A DNA stretch of 64,000 bases, from NCBI GenBank assembly GCA_965224245.1, contig OZ245046.1, positions 5,728,001 through 5,792,000 on the forward strand, read 5' to 3'. Numbering within the stretch: position 1 is the first letter of the stretch; every line of letters starts with the position of its first letter. Below the pieces are notes generated by a model that did not search any database, was not told where the DNA came from, and saw nothing but the letters and a program-made list of their open reading frames with translations. Below, piece after piece: positions 9,372 to 20,955 of this stretch. Origin of the DNA: Candidatus Eiseniibacteriota bacterium (GTDB lineage: Bacteria; Eisenbacteria; RBG-16-71-46; CAZAMP01). The position numbers and the translations under genes are program-made.

Positions 9372-10340
9372 CTAGCGCGGAACGTGCTCGTGCGCGTGAT
9401 ACGAGCTCCGTACGAGGGGCCCGCTCTCCACGTGCTTGAAGCCCATCTCGCGACCGATGGCGGCGAGAGCGTCGAACTCCTCGGGCGTGTACCACGTCTG
9501 CACCGGAAGGTGCTTCAGCGACGGCGACAGGTACTGTCCGATCGTGACCACGTCGACGTCGCACGCGCGAAGATCGTGGAGGAGGCTCACGATCTGATCG
9601 TGCGTCTCGCCGAGCCCCACCATCAGTCCGCTCTTGGTGACCATCGCGCCGGCGGACGTCGTCGCGGCCCGATCGGCGGCGCGACGCAGCAGGGCGAGGC
9701 TGGTCGCGTACCGCGCCTGGGGGCGGACCGTCTTGTAGAGCGCGGGCACGGTCTCGATGTTGTGGTTGAGGACGTCGGGAGCCGCGTCGAGGACGGCGTC
9801 GATCGCGGCCTCGTTGCCCTCGAAGTCGGGAATCAGGACCTCGACCGCGCACTCCGGCGAGAGCGCTCGTATGGACTGGATCGTCTCCACGAACTGGGCG
9901 GCACCGCCGTCGGGGATGTCGTCGCGATTGACCGCCGTGACCACCGCATGGCGGATCCCGAGCTCGCGTACGGCCTCGCCGACGTGCCGCGGCTCATCGG
10001 GATCGAGGGGGTCGGGATGGAGGCTCGCGACGGCACAGAAGCCGCAGGTCCGCGTGCACCGCTCGCCGTTGATCATGAACGTGGCGGTGCCGTGCGCCCA
10101 GCACTCGTAGATGTTGGGGCAGCGTGCCTCCTCGCACACGGTGGTGAGAGCCTTGGCGCGGGACAGCTTCTTGAGCGCGAAGAACTCGGGCTTGGCCTTC
10201 AGATCGACCTTGATCCACTCGGGTCGCTCCCCGAGCGCGGCGTGCCGTTCACGGAGCTCGGCGGTGCGTGCCGAACCGCCGGAGGCGGGGCGAAAGCGGA
10301 TGGGCCGGGACCCGGGTGTCGTCGTCAGCGGTCGAGCCAT
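9372..10340 (-). CDS. lipA: Lipoyl synthase
   Basis: CEEARCPNIYEC, CTRTCGFC, NHNIETV and SGPLVRSSYHA motifs. Confidence 0.97.
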   Translation of the reverse strand: MARPLTTTPGSRPIRFRPASGGSARTAELRERHAALGERPEWIKVDLKAKPEFFALKKLSRAKALTTVCEEARCPNIYECWAHGTATFMINGERCTRTCGFCAVASLHPDPLDPDEPRHVGEAVRELGIRHAVVTAVNRDDIPDGGAAQFVETIQSIRALSPECAVEVLIPDFEGNEAAIDAVLDAAPDVLNHNIETVPALYKTVRPQARYATSLALLRRAADRAATTSAGAMVTKSGLMVGLGETHDQIVSLLHDLRACDVDVVTIGQYLSPSLKHLPVQTWYTPEEFDALAAIGREMGFKHVESGPLVRSSYHAHEHVPR

Positions 10341-11092
10341 GTGATCCTTCTCTCGAACACGCGGCCGAACGTGTCGGCCACCGGTGCCATGACCTCGTCC
10401 AGGGTAACGGCTCGGCCGAGCTCGCGCGACAGCGACGTGACCGACGCGCCTGCGATGCCGCAGGGAACGATCAGGTCGAAGTAGGAGAGATCGGTTGCCA
10501 CGTTCAGCGCGAAGCCGTGCGAGGTCACGCCCCGCCCGATCTGGACGCCGATCGCCGCGATCTTGGCGTTGCCCACCCAGACGCCGGTCCGGCCCTCGAT
10601 CCGCCCGGCGGTCACGCCGAAGCCGGCCACCGTGCGGATCAGGATCTCCTCCAGCCGGTTCACGTAGCAGCGCGGGCCGATGCCCAGGTCGCGAAGCCCG
10701 ACGATCGGGTAGCCGACCAGCTGGCCCGGGCCGTGGTAGGTGATGTCGCCACCTCGCCCGGTGGGGTGCAACGACACGCCGCGTTCCTCGAGCTGCGCAT
10801 TGGATGCGACGAGATGCGTGAACGTTCCACGCCGCCCCACGGTGATCACGTGGGGGTGCTCCACGAGCCAGAGCGCGTCGGGAACGTCGAGGTCCCGGCG
10901 TCGCCGCGCGCGCTCGTCCATTCGGGCCATGGTGTCGGCGTAGTCGCGCCGTCCCAGCCAGCGCGCCTCGCAGACGCGGCCGGCGTCGCCGCGCGCAGCG
11001 GGGCAGGTGGGGTCCCGCCGGCCCGCGGCGTCCACGGCGTCCACGGCGTCGCCGTTGCCTGCCTCGGCGTTCCGGTCAGGCGAAGAGCTCAT
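10325..11092 (-). CDS. lipB: Octanoyltransferase
   Basis: EHPHVITVGR, RGGDITYHGPGQLVGYP, KIAAIG, HGFALN and IVPCGI motifs. Confidence 0.95.
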   Translation of the reverse strand: MSSSPDRNAEAGNGDAVDAVDAAGRRDPTCPAARGDAGRVCEARWLGRRDYADTMARMDERARRRRDLDVPDALWLVEHPHVITVGRRGTFTHLVASNAQLEERGVSLHPTGRGGDITYHGPGQLVGYPIVGLRDLGIGPRCYVNRLEEILIRTVAGFGVTAGRIEGRTGVWVGNAKIAAIGVQIGRGVTSHGFALNVATDLSYFDLIVPCGIAGASVTSLSRELGRAVTLDEVMAPVADTFGRVFERRITWLDR

Positions 11093-12020
11093 CGAGGGCT
11101 TCCACGACGTCCTCGGGCAGCGTCACCCCGGATGCGGCGACCGCGTCGTCGACGTGGTCGGTCCGGGTCGCGCCGACGATGACGCTGGCCACGTTTCGCT
11201 GTCGGAGGCACCAGGCCAGCGCGAGCTGAACCGTCGTCAGATCCAGATCGGTCGCCAGCTGGGTGGCCCGGTCCACCCGGGCCAGATTCTCCGCCGTCAG
11301 GAGCGGCTGCATGAACTGCCCGGCCTTCGGATCCGCGCCCCGCGAGCCCTCGGGTCGGGCGCCGCCGGAGTACTTGCCGGTCAGGATGCCCTCGGCCAGC
11401 GGGCTGAACACGACCTGCCCCACCCCCTCACGCTCGCAGATCGGGATGACCTCGTTCTCGATCTCGCGGCACAGGAGCGAGTAAGGCGGCTGGTTGGAGA
11501 TCGGCGCGAAGCGATGGCTCGCGGCCGCGATCCGGCGGGCGTCCACGATCTGCTCGGCCGACCAGCAGCTGACGCCCCAGTAGAGCACCTTGCCCTGCCG
11601 CACGAGCGTGTCCATGGCGCCGACGACCTCCTCGACCGGCACCGCCGGGTCGTACCGGTGGCACTGGTAGAGGTCCACGTACTCGACGCCGAGCCGGGCC
11701 AGGCTCGCCTCGCACGCCTCCAGGATGTGCTTGCGGGAGAGGCCGCGGTCGTTGGGATTGTCGGACATCGGCCAGAAGCACTTGGTGGCCAGAACGTAGT
11801 CGGACCGCTTGAAGTCGGCGATCGCCTTGCCGACGGCGATCTCGCCGTCGCCGCGCGCGTACACGTCCGCGGTGTCGAAGAAGATCACGCCCGAGTCGAA
11901 GGCACGTCGAAAGCAGGCGTCGGTGTCGGACTGGTCGACCGAGCGCCCGAACGTGAGCCAGGACCCGAGACCGATCTCGCTCACCCGGAGCCCCGAGCGC
12001 CCCAGTCGGCGATACTCCAC
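11076..12020 (-). CDS. Aldo/keto reductase (Kv-beta-like)
   Basis: GTG start; YRRLGRSGLRVSEIGLGSW, FDTADVY, VDLYQCHR and FSPLAEGILTGKY motifs. Confidence 0.92.
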   Translation of the reverse strand: MEYRRLGRSGLRVSEIGLGSWLTFGRSVDQSDTDACFRRAFDSGVIFFDTADVYARGDGEIAVGKAIADFKRSDYVLATKCFWPMSDNPNDRGLSRKHILEACEASLARLGVEYVDLYQCHRYDPAVPVEEVVGAMDTLVRQGKVLYWGVSCWSAEQIVDARRIAAASHRFAPISNQPPYSLLCREIENEVIPICEREGVGQVVFSPLAEGILTGKYSGGARPEGSRGADPKAGQFMQPLLTAENLARVDRATQLATDLDLTTVQLALAWCLRQRNVASVIVGATRTDHVDDAVAASGVTLPEDVVEALDELFA

Positions 12021-12267
12021 GTGCTGCCCCTTTCTAGGTTCCTCGCGTATGCTGGGTGGAGCCGGTGGCGGGACGCTCACGCGTGCTCGACGGCGAGGGG
12101 CCCCCGGCGGGCGGCGAGGGGCGTCCGTGACGATGGGATGAGGTGCGAAACGAACCCGGCGGAGTATACCATTGCCATCGGAGACTCCAACCCGAGGTGT
12201 GCGATCAGGCCTGTTTCGTGGGGCACCCTCCGCACTCGAGCGGCAGGCCGACCCCGATGGTGACGCG

Positions 12268-13431
12268 ATGAGGTACCGCCACGCGCTCGTTCTGAGCAAT
12301 CCGGAGTCGGGCCGCGGGCGCGGCGAGGGCCTGGCCAGGGAGATCACCCGTCTTCTGGCCGAGGCCGGACTCCAGGTGGATCTCAGGCGAGTCGGCGACG
12401 CCGACGCGGAGCCCGGCGCCGTGGGCCGGGCCATCGACGCGGACTGCGACCTGGTCGTCATCGTCGGCGGCGACGGTACGCTCCGCTCGTACCTGCGGCC
12501 CCTCGACGGCCGCGGCGTGCCCGTCCTCCTCGTCCCGGCGGGAACGTCAAACCTGATCGCGACGCACCTCCGCGTGCCCACGCGTCCCCGAGCGCTGGTC
12601 AAGCTCCTGACGGACGGCGACGTCCGGCACCTGGACGTGGCGCATCTGGACGGTGAGCCCTTCGTGCTGGCGGTGGGCTTCGGCCTGGCCACCGACGTGA
12701 TCCAGGACGCCGATCGGGAGCTCAAGCGCTACCTGGGGCCGGTGGCCTACCTGTGGTCGCTCCTCCGGAATCTGTCGCGCCGCCGCGTGCGGGTCGAGAT
12801 GCGCTTCGCCGACGGCCAGCGGGTCCAGCACCGGGCGCGTTTGATCCTGTTCGCGAACTGTGCGGAGACGCTCGCGCAGGTGGACATCGTTCCCAACGCC
12901 GCGATCGACGACGGCCTGATCGACGTGGCCGTGTTCCACTTCGCCGACCTCTGGCAGTTCCTCAAGCTCGTCGGGTTCGCGATCACCGGTCGCTGGCGGC
13001 GGGCGCGAGAGGCCGTGTTCTACCGGTCGTCCTCGGTGGACGTCTGGCTGCGGCCGGCAATGCCGGTTCAGATCGACGGCGACGTGTTCGAGGCCCGCTC
13101 GCACTTCCGGATAGACGTGACCCCGGAAGCGCTTCCGGTCCTCGTCCCGATGAGAAAGGCGCAGCTCGTACCCTCGGAGTGGCTGAGCGACGCGCTGACC
13201 GAGATCGAGCGGCAGCTGGAGAAGCTCCGAACCGGGTCGGCGCTGACGCCGACCGAGATCGTACGTGCGATCTGGGACGAGTACCGCGTCCGAGGACGGG
13301 AGCTCCTGCGCGGCACCGCCCCGGACCCGAAGGCGCAGCGCCGCGGCGCCCCCGCCGGGGACCGCACCGCGGTTCCGGCGGAGTCCGCGTCGGGCGCCGC
13401 GGAGTCGCATCCGGGGAGTGACGCGACGTGA
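12268..13431 (+). CDS. Diacylglycerol/lipid kinase family protein (YegS/DAGK)
   Basis: NPESG, GGDGT, PAGTSN, DDGLIDV and QIDGD motifs. Confidence 0.88.
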   Translation: MRYRHALVLSNPESGRGRGEGLAREITRLLAEAGLQVDLRRVGDADAEPGAVGRAIDADCDLVVIVGGDGTLRSYLRPLDGRGVPVLLVPAGTSNLIATHLRVPTRPRALVKLLTDGDVRHLDVAHLDGEPFVLAVGFGLATDVIQDADRELKRYLGPVAYLWSLLRNLSRRRVRVEMRFADGQRVQHRARLILFANCAETLAQVDIVPNAAIDDGLIDVAVFHFADLWQFLKLVGFAITGRWRRAREAVFYRSSSVDVWLRPAMPVQIDGDVFEARSHFRIDVTPEALPVLVPMRKAQLVPSEWLSDALTEIERQLEKLRTGSALTPTEIVRAIWDEYRVRGRELLRGTAPDPKAQRRGAPAGDRTAVPAESASGAAESHPGSDAT

Positions 13432-14866
13432 TTCGTCCCCTCGGTGTACAACGTCGCCTGCTGGTCGCGCTCAGCGTGTACGCGCTGGCGGTGCTCGGGT
13501 TCGGTGGCGTCCTGTTCTACGAACGCGCACGCGTACACCTCGAGACCGAGCTCGGAGCAAAGCTGATCGCGGTGGGCTCGGTCGTGACGGCCGGAATCAG
13601 CGAAGATCAACGACAGGTGCTCGTGTCGCTACGCGGACGCGGCGGACGCACGTCCAAGGCGATCGGACAGGAGCTGGCGCGCTTCCGGGACGCAAGCGGC
13701 CTGTTCCGGCTGTACGTCTTCCATCGTGACGGCACCGCGCTGGCCGATGCCGACGAACGCGAGCCCGGCACGACGTATCCCGAGCTCCAGTTCGAGCTCG
13801 ATGCGCTGGACGAGGTCTTCTCGGGACGCGAGTCGGTCAGCCATCTGTTCACGGGGCGCGACGGTCAGGTCTACAAGGCCGCGTACCTGCCGCTGCCGGT
13901 CGCCGGCGAGACCGAGGCCGCCCTCGCCGTGGTCGGGAGTGCCACGTTCCTCGACACGATCTCCACGTTCCGCAGTGCGCTCATCCTGGCCGCGGTCCTG
14001 GGCCTCATCGGGTCGGTGGTGCTGTCGCTCGTCCTCGCACGCACGATCGTGTCGCCCATCCGCCGCCTGGTGGCGGCGGCCGATCGCATTCGCGCGGGGG
14101 ATCTCGAGACGCCGGTGCCGTCGATGAAGGGCGATGAGATCGGCTATCTCGCACGAACGCTGGAGCGCATGCGCGCGGCCGTGCTCGCGCGCGAACGGAG
14201 CCTCCGGGCCATGCTGGGCGGCGTCGCTCACGAGATCCGCAATCCGCTCGGCGGGATCGAGCTGTTCGCGGGACTCCTCGAGCGGCGTGTCGCCGACGAC
14301 GAAAAGGCCGCGGAAAGTGTCGACCGAATCCTGCACGAGGTGCATCATCTGGAGTCGATCATCAAGGACTTTCTCGACTACGCGCGGCCGGTCGATCCCA
14401 ACCTCGAGGTGTTCGCGGTCGCGGACGTCGCGCACGAGGTCGGCGAGGTGCTGGGAGCAAAGATCGCGGAGGCCGGTGTAACCTACGAGGTCGACTGTGC
14501 GGGCGTGAGCGTGCTCGCCGATCGCGCGCAGTTCCGGCAGATCCTGTCGAACCTGGTCCAGAACGCCGTCCAGGCGCTCGAGGGCGACCAGGGCCACCGG
14601 CGCGTCGTCGTCGACGGCTCGACCGACGCCGACACGACGACCGTGTCCGTGAACGACAATGGGCCGGGCATCGACCCCGCGATCCGAGAGCGGGTGTTCG
14701 AGCCGTTCTTCACCACCCGTCAGCAGGGGTCGGGACTGGGGCTGTCGATCGCGCGCGATCTGGTGGAGCGCAACGGGGGGGCGCTCGAGATCCGATCGCG
14801 ACCCGGGCGCGGAACGTCGATCGTGATGACGTGGTCCGCGCCGCGCGACAAGCGCGGAGATGCAGC

Positions 14867-14870
<4 letters not shown>
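13428..14870 (+). CDS. Membrane sensor histidine kinase (2 TM, HAMP, HisKA, HATPase)
   Basis: AHEIRNPL H-box, NLVQNA, DNGPGI and PFFTT..GSGLGL motifs. Confidence 0.93.
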
Positions 14871-16245
<1,375 letters not shown>

Positions 16246-16249
<4 letters not shown>

Positions 16250-17256
16250 AGGTCCGAGAGCGCGCGGAGGGTCGGGACGGGCGGTGCTCGATCTCCGTGC
16301 GCCGCGTGCTCGCGATCGTGGTGGTGGTGATGATCGCGCTCGCACCGGGATCCGGTCTCCGGGCGGCGCTGCCACCCGAGGTGGACGCGTTGCGGGCGGC
16401 GGTGCTGGAGTACGACGCCCAGCAGCGGGCCAAGGACGCGGAGATCGAACGGGTCCGCGGGCGCGCCACCGACGTTGCCGCCGAGCTCGCCGAGTTCGAT
16501 CGCGAGGAGTCGCTCGGGCCGCTCCAGCGCGCACAGTATTCGCGGTACAAGCAGCTCTCCGAGGACCTGGCCGATCGACTGGCCGCGCTGGAGCGCCAGC
16601 GGCGGGAGATCGACGTCCCGTATCGGGAGGCCGCCGATGCGCTGATCGCCTTGCTGGAGCCCGAGGTCACGACGCTCCGGGAGGCCTGGCAGTCCGCGTC
16701 CCCCAGCTCCGACGAGCGTCGCGAGCTCTTCGTGCGCTACGAGACCCTGTTCGAGGAGGTGCGCGACCTGCGTGCCCTGTTCACGCCCACGGCCCGGTTC
16801 CTGCGCCTGGACGTGACGCTGGACGACGACGACGGCCCCGACAGCCTGCGCGTCAAGGCGGATCTCCTGGCCGATCTGATCGATCTCAACGGGGGTCTCC
16901 TCGATGACCTGGAGTCCTGGCACGCGGAGCTCCGGGCCGAGCGGGAGATGCTGCAGGAGGCCAAGCGCCTGGCCGAGGAGCAGGGGTTCTTCGGCTCGAC
17001 CGATCCGTTCGCGCCGGACGGCACGTCCGGCTTCGCCGACATCACCGGACTCGTGGTCGTCCCCGAGAACTTGCGCGAGGTACGCGACCACCTCGATATT
17101 CCCACGGGCGGAGTCTCGGCCATCGAGGATCTCGACCGGCTCGTTCAGAGCGTCGACCGCCTCGTGGACGATCTCCGGGACGACAACGCCCGCATGGCCG
17201 AGAAGCGGAGGATCGCGTTGCAGGAAGCTCGACGACGAGAGGAGCTCGAGCGATGA
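16246..17256 (+). CDS. Exported coiled-coil hypothetical protein
   Basis: N-terminal hydrophobic signal, heptad-rich acidic body; overlaps flanking start/stop codons. Confidence 0.65.
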
Positions 17257-18344
17257 GTTCGCATCGGCGCCTGCGCACGCGCATTGCCCGCATCGGCGCG
17301 GCCGGGCTGATCATCGCCGGCGCGGCGGCCCCGGGGCGTGCCGTTTCCGACGTCGAGGTCGACGGTCGCCTGCAGATCGGCGCGCTCCACGACAGCAACG
17401 TGCTCGAGCAGGTCGCGAACGAGGAGGACGATCAGGCGCTGCAGGTGTTCGGCGCGATCCGGCTTCGCGCCCCCCTGTCCGAGCGCGTCGTTCTGCGGTC
17501 CTCGGCGCGGGTCGGACTGCAGCGCTATCGCGACATCTCCGACGACAGCCGCGTGCTGGGCGAGACGCGCTGGGGTCTGGCCTATCGTGCCGAGAACGGC
17601 CTGGGGCTCAGGGGCGATCTCCTCCTCGAGGGGCGAGACTACGCGGACTCCACGTCCTCGCGCGGGTACGGCGCGTTCCGGGCCGACGTCGCGTTCGACC
17701 TGCCACCGGTCAGGGGTTTCACGGCCGAGGTGCGCGGCAGCCGCGTCGAGGTCGACTACAAGGTGACGCCGGGACGCGAGCAGGCGGGCAATCGCCTGGA
17801 GGCTGCTCTCCAGCGCCGGATCGGACGTCATCTGCTCGTCCGGGTTCGTGGCGCCGGGGGATCGTTCCGTTTCAATCGCCCGTCCTGGGATCTCGACGAG
17901 TCGGCCGGCGCGCTCGTCCGCGGCCCCTTCGACCAGAAGGACTCCTACGGCCTCGGATCGGTGGATCTGACGTTCGTGCGGCGCACGCTGCTGTCGCTCG
18001 GGTACACGTACTTCGTGAACGACTCGAACTCGTTCGGGCGCGCGTACTTCTATCATCGGGTGGACGTGACGTTCCGCCGGCGCATCGAGCCCCTGGATAC
18101 GTCGATCGGCGTCGTGGCGCGTCGCGAGTGGCGGACGTATCGCGACGATCTGGATCGGTTCGTGATCGTCGACTTCGACTTCGAGCGCGAGCAGAACAAC
18201 GGCGTGACCCTCGAGGTGGACCGCGCGCTGACCACCGAGACCAGCATCGAGCTGCGACTGGGGTGGGAGTACAACGAGGCGATCATCCTGGATCAGTTCT
18301 ACGACAAACTCCTGGGCGGGGTGTATGTCGAGTGGCGGTTCTAG
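17253..18344 (+). CDS. Outer-membrane beta-barrel protein
   Basis: Signal peptide, alternating beta strands, C-terminal GVYVEWRF Bam signal. Confidence 0.75.
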   Translation: MSSHRRLRTRIARIGAAGLIIAGAAAPGRAVSDVEVDGRLQIGALHDSNVLEQVANEEDDQALQVFGAIRLRAPLSERVVLRSSARVGLQRYRDISDDSRVLGETRWGLAYRAENGLGLRGDLLLEGRDYADSTSSRGYGAFRADVAFDLPPVRGFTAEVRGSRVEVDYKVTPGREQAGNRLEAALQRRIGRHLLVRVRGAGGSFRFNRPSWDLDESAGALVRGPFDQKDSYGLGSVDLTFVRRTLLSLGYTYFVNDSNSFGRAYFYHRVDVTFRRRIEPLDTSIGVVARREWRTYRDDLDRFVIVDFDFEREQNNGVTLEVDRALTTETSIELRLGWEYNEAIILDQFYDKLLGGVYVEWRF

Positions 18345-18584
18345 GGATCGGGGCTGGCGTGGGCTCAGATTCCTGAGGGTCGGGCGGTCGGATTTCCGTG
18401 GAGGGTGCGCATTGGCAGCCGCGTCGGAGCTCCGGGAGCGGCGATCTCCCGGTCGCCGCCCGGGGGGTGAGCGGTGCGTCGCGTGCTCTAAGTTGTTTAA
18501 TGGGAGTCCGTTATCTTTCTGGAGGGCGCTGGAGCCGGAGCGGATGGACCGGGCGATGTCCCGGAGCGGTTCGGGTGTGTCAAT

Positions 18585-18600
18585 TGGCTCAGTAGTTGCT
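18585..18600 (+). promoter_or_regulatory. Sigma54 -24/-12 promoter
   Basis: TGGCTC-AGTAG-TTGCT (GG-N10-GC) just downstream of a sigma54 two-component operon. Confidence 0.65.
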
Positions 18601-18609
18601 TGCTTTCGG

Positions 18610-18940
18610 GAGCAAATAGGCCCGGACGCCGCTCCGGCGTTTGGTGCCCGAACCCAGCGGGCGGTTTGAAAGGACAGATCGGCGACGACTCGACGGCGAC
18701 ATCGCCTCCGACGTCGGCAGAGTCGTGCGACGATCGACCCCACGAGCCGTGTTGCAACTAACCGCCGGTTCTTCAGGCATGACCCCCTGAAGGATTTGTC
18801 TCGGCGGTGCGACTTCCCATCGGGATCGATGCACCAGCGGGAGGGCACGAGCCGACACCGCCGCCTGAAACTTCTTCTCGCGTTTCATCACGAGAGCCCG
18901 CAGGGAGAAGGCAGGACGGCGGGGCGGCGTCAGCGGTTTA
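18610..18940 (+). ncRNA. Candidate structured ncRNA or long 5' leader
   Basis: No credible ORF; five consecutive hairpins immediately after a sigma54 promoter. Confidence 0.35.
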
Positions 18941-18959
18941 TTTCGTCGGGAGTTCGATC

Positions 18960-19991
18960 ATGACTCCGCGGTCCCCCACCTTTCGCGGCAACCACGACCC
19001 ACATCGAGCGCACGCGAACCGGCCCCGGGGGGTCGCATGCCCGCGATCGACCACCCGCCCCTCCCATCCCGGATTCGTCTACCCCGAACCCGCCCGATTC
19101 CAGGCCGGCCGCGCCGCGCTGGCCGCCGTCGGTCTGGCCGGCGCGGTGCTCGCCGGCTGCAGCGGCGAGGTCGTGTTCGAGCCCGAGGACACCGTAACCG
19201 CCGGTGAGGCGCTCGGCTTCGACTTCATCACGTACACGGTTTCCGACGCCGACGCCACGAGCATCGAGATCATCGAGATCACCGACGATGGTCGCGCGAT
19301 CTATCGCATCGCCGGCCGCGGCAGAGGCAGCACGCTGGAGCCGATTCGCTTTCTCCGCGACGACGAGCTGCTCGCGCTCCGAACCGACTTCAACGATTCC
19401 GACTTCTTCTTCTGGGCCGACAGCACGTTCGGGGAGCCCGCCGCCGGCGTCCCCAAGCAGACCATCATCTTCCAGTTCGAGGGGCGCTCCGACGACCTCG
19501 TCCGCTACGGAGATGCCCCGGTACCGCCCGAGATCGAGGTGTTGTTCGCGCAGCTCGAGCCCCTGCTCGCCGCCAGCAAGCAGTTCGGCGAAGGCAATCA
19601 GCTCGCGGTGCGGGCGCTGGTCGAGGGGCGCCACACGCGGATCGCGCGGCGCGAGTTCTCGGTCATCCGGTCCCGTGACGAGCTGATCAACCTGCTCTGG
19701 CGCGTGGGCTCTCTGGACGCGACGGCGTTCGCACGCGTCGACTTCGCGACAGAGATGGTCGTGGGCGTATTCTTCGGAGACGACGCGATGCAGACCGATA
19801 CGCTCACGTTCGCCGACGTGGCCTATCAGCTCGACGGCGCCGTCAACGTACTGTTTCGCCGCACGGACATGGCCGAGGGCTGCGATGCGCCCGCGTCGCG
19901 CCCGTTCGCGATGGCGCGAGTGCCGCGGGCTCCCGGTCGCGTGCAGTTCTTCGAGGATCCCGAGCGCGAGACACGCGCCTGCGCGCCCTAG
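18960..19991 (+). CDS. Putative lipoprotein with PrcB-C-terminal-like domain
   Basis: GGGAG RBS; AVLAGC lipobox; VIRS..EL...VDFATEMVVGVFFG segment resembles the PrcB C-terminal domain. Confidence 0.6.
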   Translation: MTPRSPTFRGNHDPHRAHANRPRGVACPRSTTRPSHPGFVYPEPARFQAGRAALAAVGLAGAVLAGCSGEVVFEPEDTVTAGEALGFDFITYTVSDADATSIEIIEITDDGRAIYRIAGRGRGSTLEPIRFLRDDELLALRTDFNDSDFFFWADSTFGEPAAGVPKQTIIFQFEGRSDDLVRYGDAPVPPEIEVLFAQLEPLLAASKQFGEGNQLAVRALVEGRHTRIARREFSVIRSRDELINLLWRVGSLDATAFARVDFATEMVVGVFFGDDAMQTDTLTFADVAYQLDGAVNVLFRRTDMAEGCDAPASRPFAMARVPRAPGRVQFFEDPERETRACAP

Positions 19992-20041
19992 GCGTGTCGT
20001 GGACCCGGGCGCCCGCTCCTCGGACGGCCGAGAGACGGCTC

Positions 20042-20815
20042 CTAGAACCCCATGATGCTGTACCCGGCGTCCACGAAGATCGTCTCGCCGGTCACGCCCG
20101 AGCTCATGTCCGAGAGCAGGTAGAGCCCCGTTCCGCCGATGTCCTCCAGTGTCACGTTCCGTTTCAGTGGCGACTTGTTCTCGTGGTGCTTGAGCATCTC
20201 GCTGAAGTCGCGAAGCCCGCGCGCACTGAGCGTGTTCACCGGGCCGGCCGAGATCGCGTTCACCCGGATGTTCTGGGGGCCCAGCTCGAAGGCGAGCTGG
20301 CGCACGGCGTGCTCGAGCGCTGCCTTCGCGGTGCCCATGACGTTGTAGCGCGGGATCACGCGGATCGCGCCCAGGTAGCTCATCGCGACGATGGCGCCGC
20401 CGTTCGGCATGTAGCGCTTCGCGGCCCGGGCCACGTGAATCAGCGAGTAGGCGCTCACGTCCAGTGCGATCCGGAACTGCTCGCGGTCGGTGTCGATGAA
20501 GTCGCCGCTGATCGCCTCGCGGGGTGCGAACGCGATCGAGTGGACGAGCATGTCGATGTGCCCGTGCTCGCGCCCGATCGTCTCGAAGGTGCGTTCGATG
20601 TCGTCGTCCACCGAGACGTCGCACTCGTAGTACGCCGCGTTCCGGAAGCCCTCGGTCAGCTCTCTGACGTTCTTCCCGAACTTCTCACCGACGTAGGTGA
20701 AGACCATGTCCGCGCCTGCGGCGTTGATGGCCTCGGCGACACCCATGCCGATGCTACGCTTGTTGGCGATGCCCATGACGACAGCGGTTTTTCCCGCGAG
20801 GTCGAGTGAGTACAT
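20042..20815 (-). CDS. fabI: Enoyl-ACP reductase
   Basis: GIANKRSIG, HSIAFAP, SAYSL, YNVMGTAKAALE and NAISAGPV motifs. Confidence 0.96.
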   Translation of the reverse strand: MYSLDLAGKTAVVMGIANKRSIGMGVAEAINAAGADMVFTYVGEKFGKNVRELTEGFRNAAYYECDVSVDDDIERTFETIGREHGHIDMLVHSIAFAPREAISGDFIDTDREQFRIALDVSAYSLIHVARAAKRYMPNGGAIVAMSYLGAIRVIPRYNVMGTAKAALEHAVRQLAFELGPQNIRVNAISAGPVNTLSARGLRDFSEMLKHHENKSPLKRNVTLEDIGGTGLYLLSDMSSGVTGETIFVDAGYSIMGF

Positions 20816-20955
20816 GCACCCTCCATTGGATCGCGGTCGGATTCGATCGATGCGGGATGATAGAAGCCCGTTCCCGCGGGAACAAGCGCTGGGAGCGGGT
20901 GTGGCGGCTCGATCGCCGCTTCCCGAGCCCGGGGGTCCCCCGGGGAACGTGGGCC

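Noticed and set aside
11028-11050. 9-bp tandem repeat gcgtccacg
   Set aside because: Only encodes a low-complexity DAVDAVDA stretch at the LipB N-terminus.
18610-18940. Identification as 6S RNA, tmRNA, RNase P, SRP or c-di-GMP riboswitch
   Set aside because: I could not find the diagnostic conserved motifs; kept only as an unassigned structured RNA candidate.
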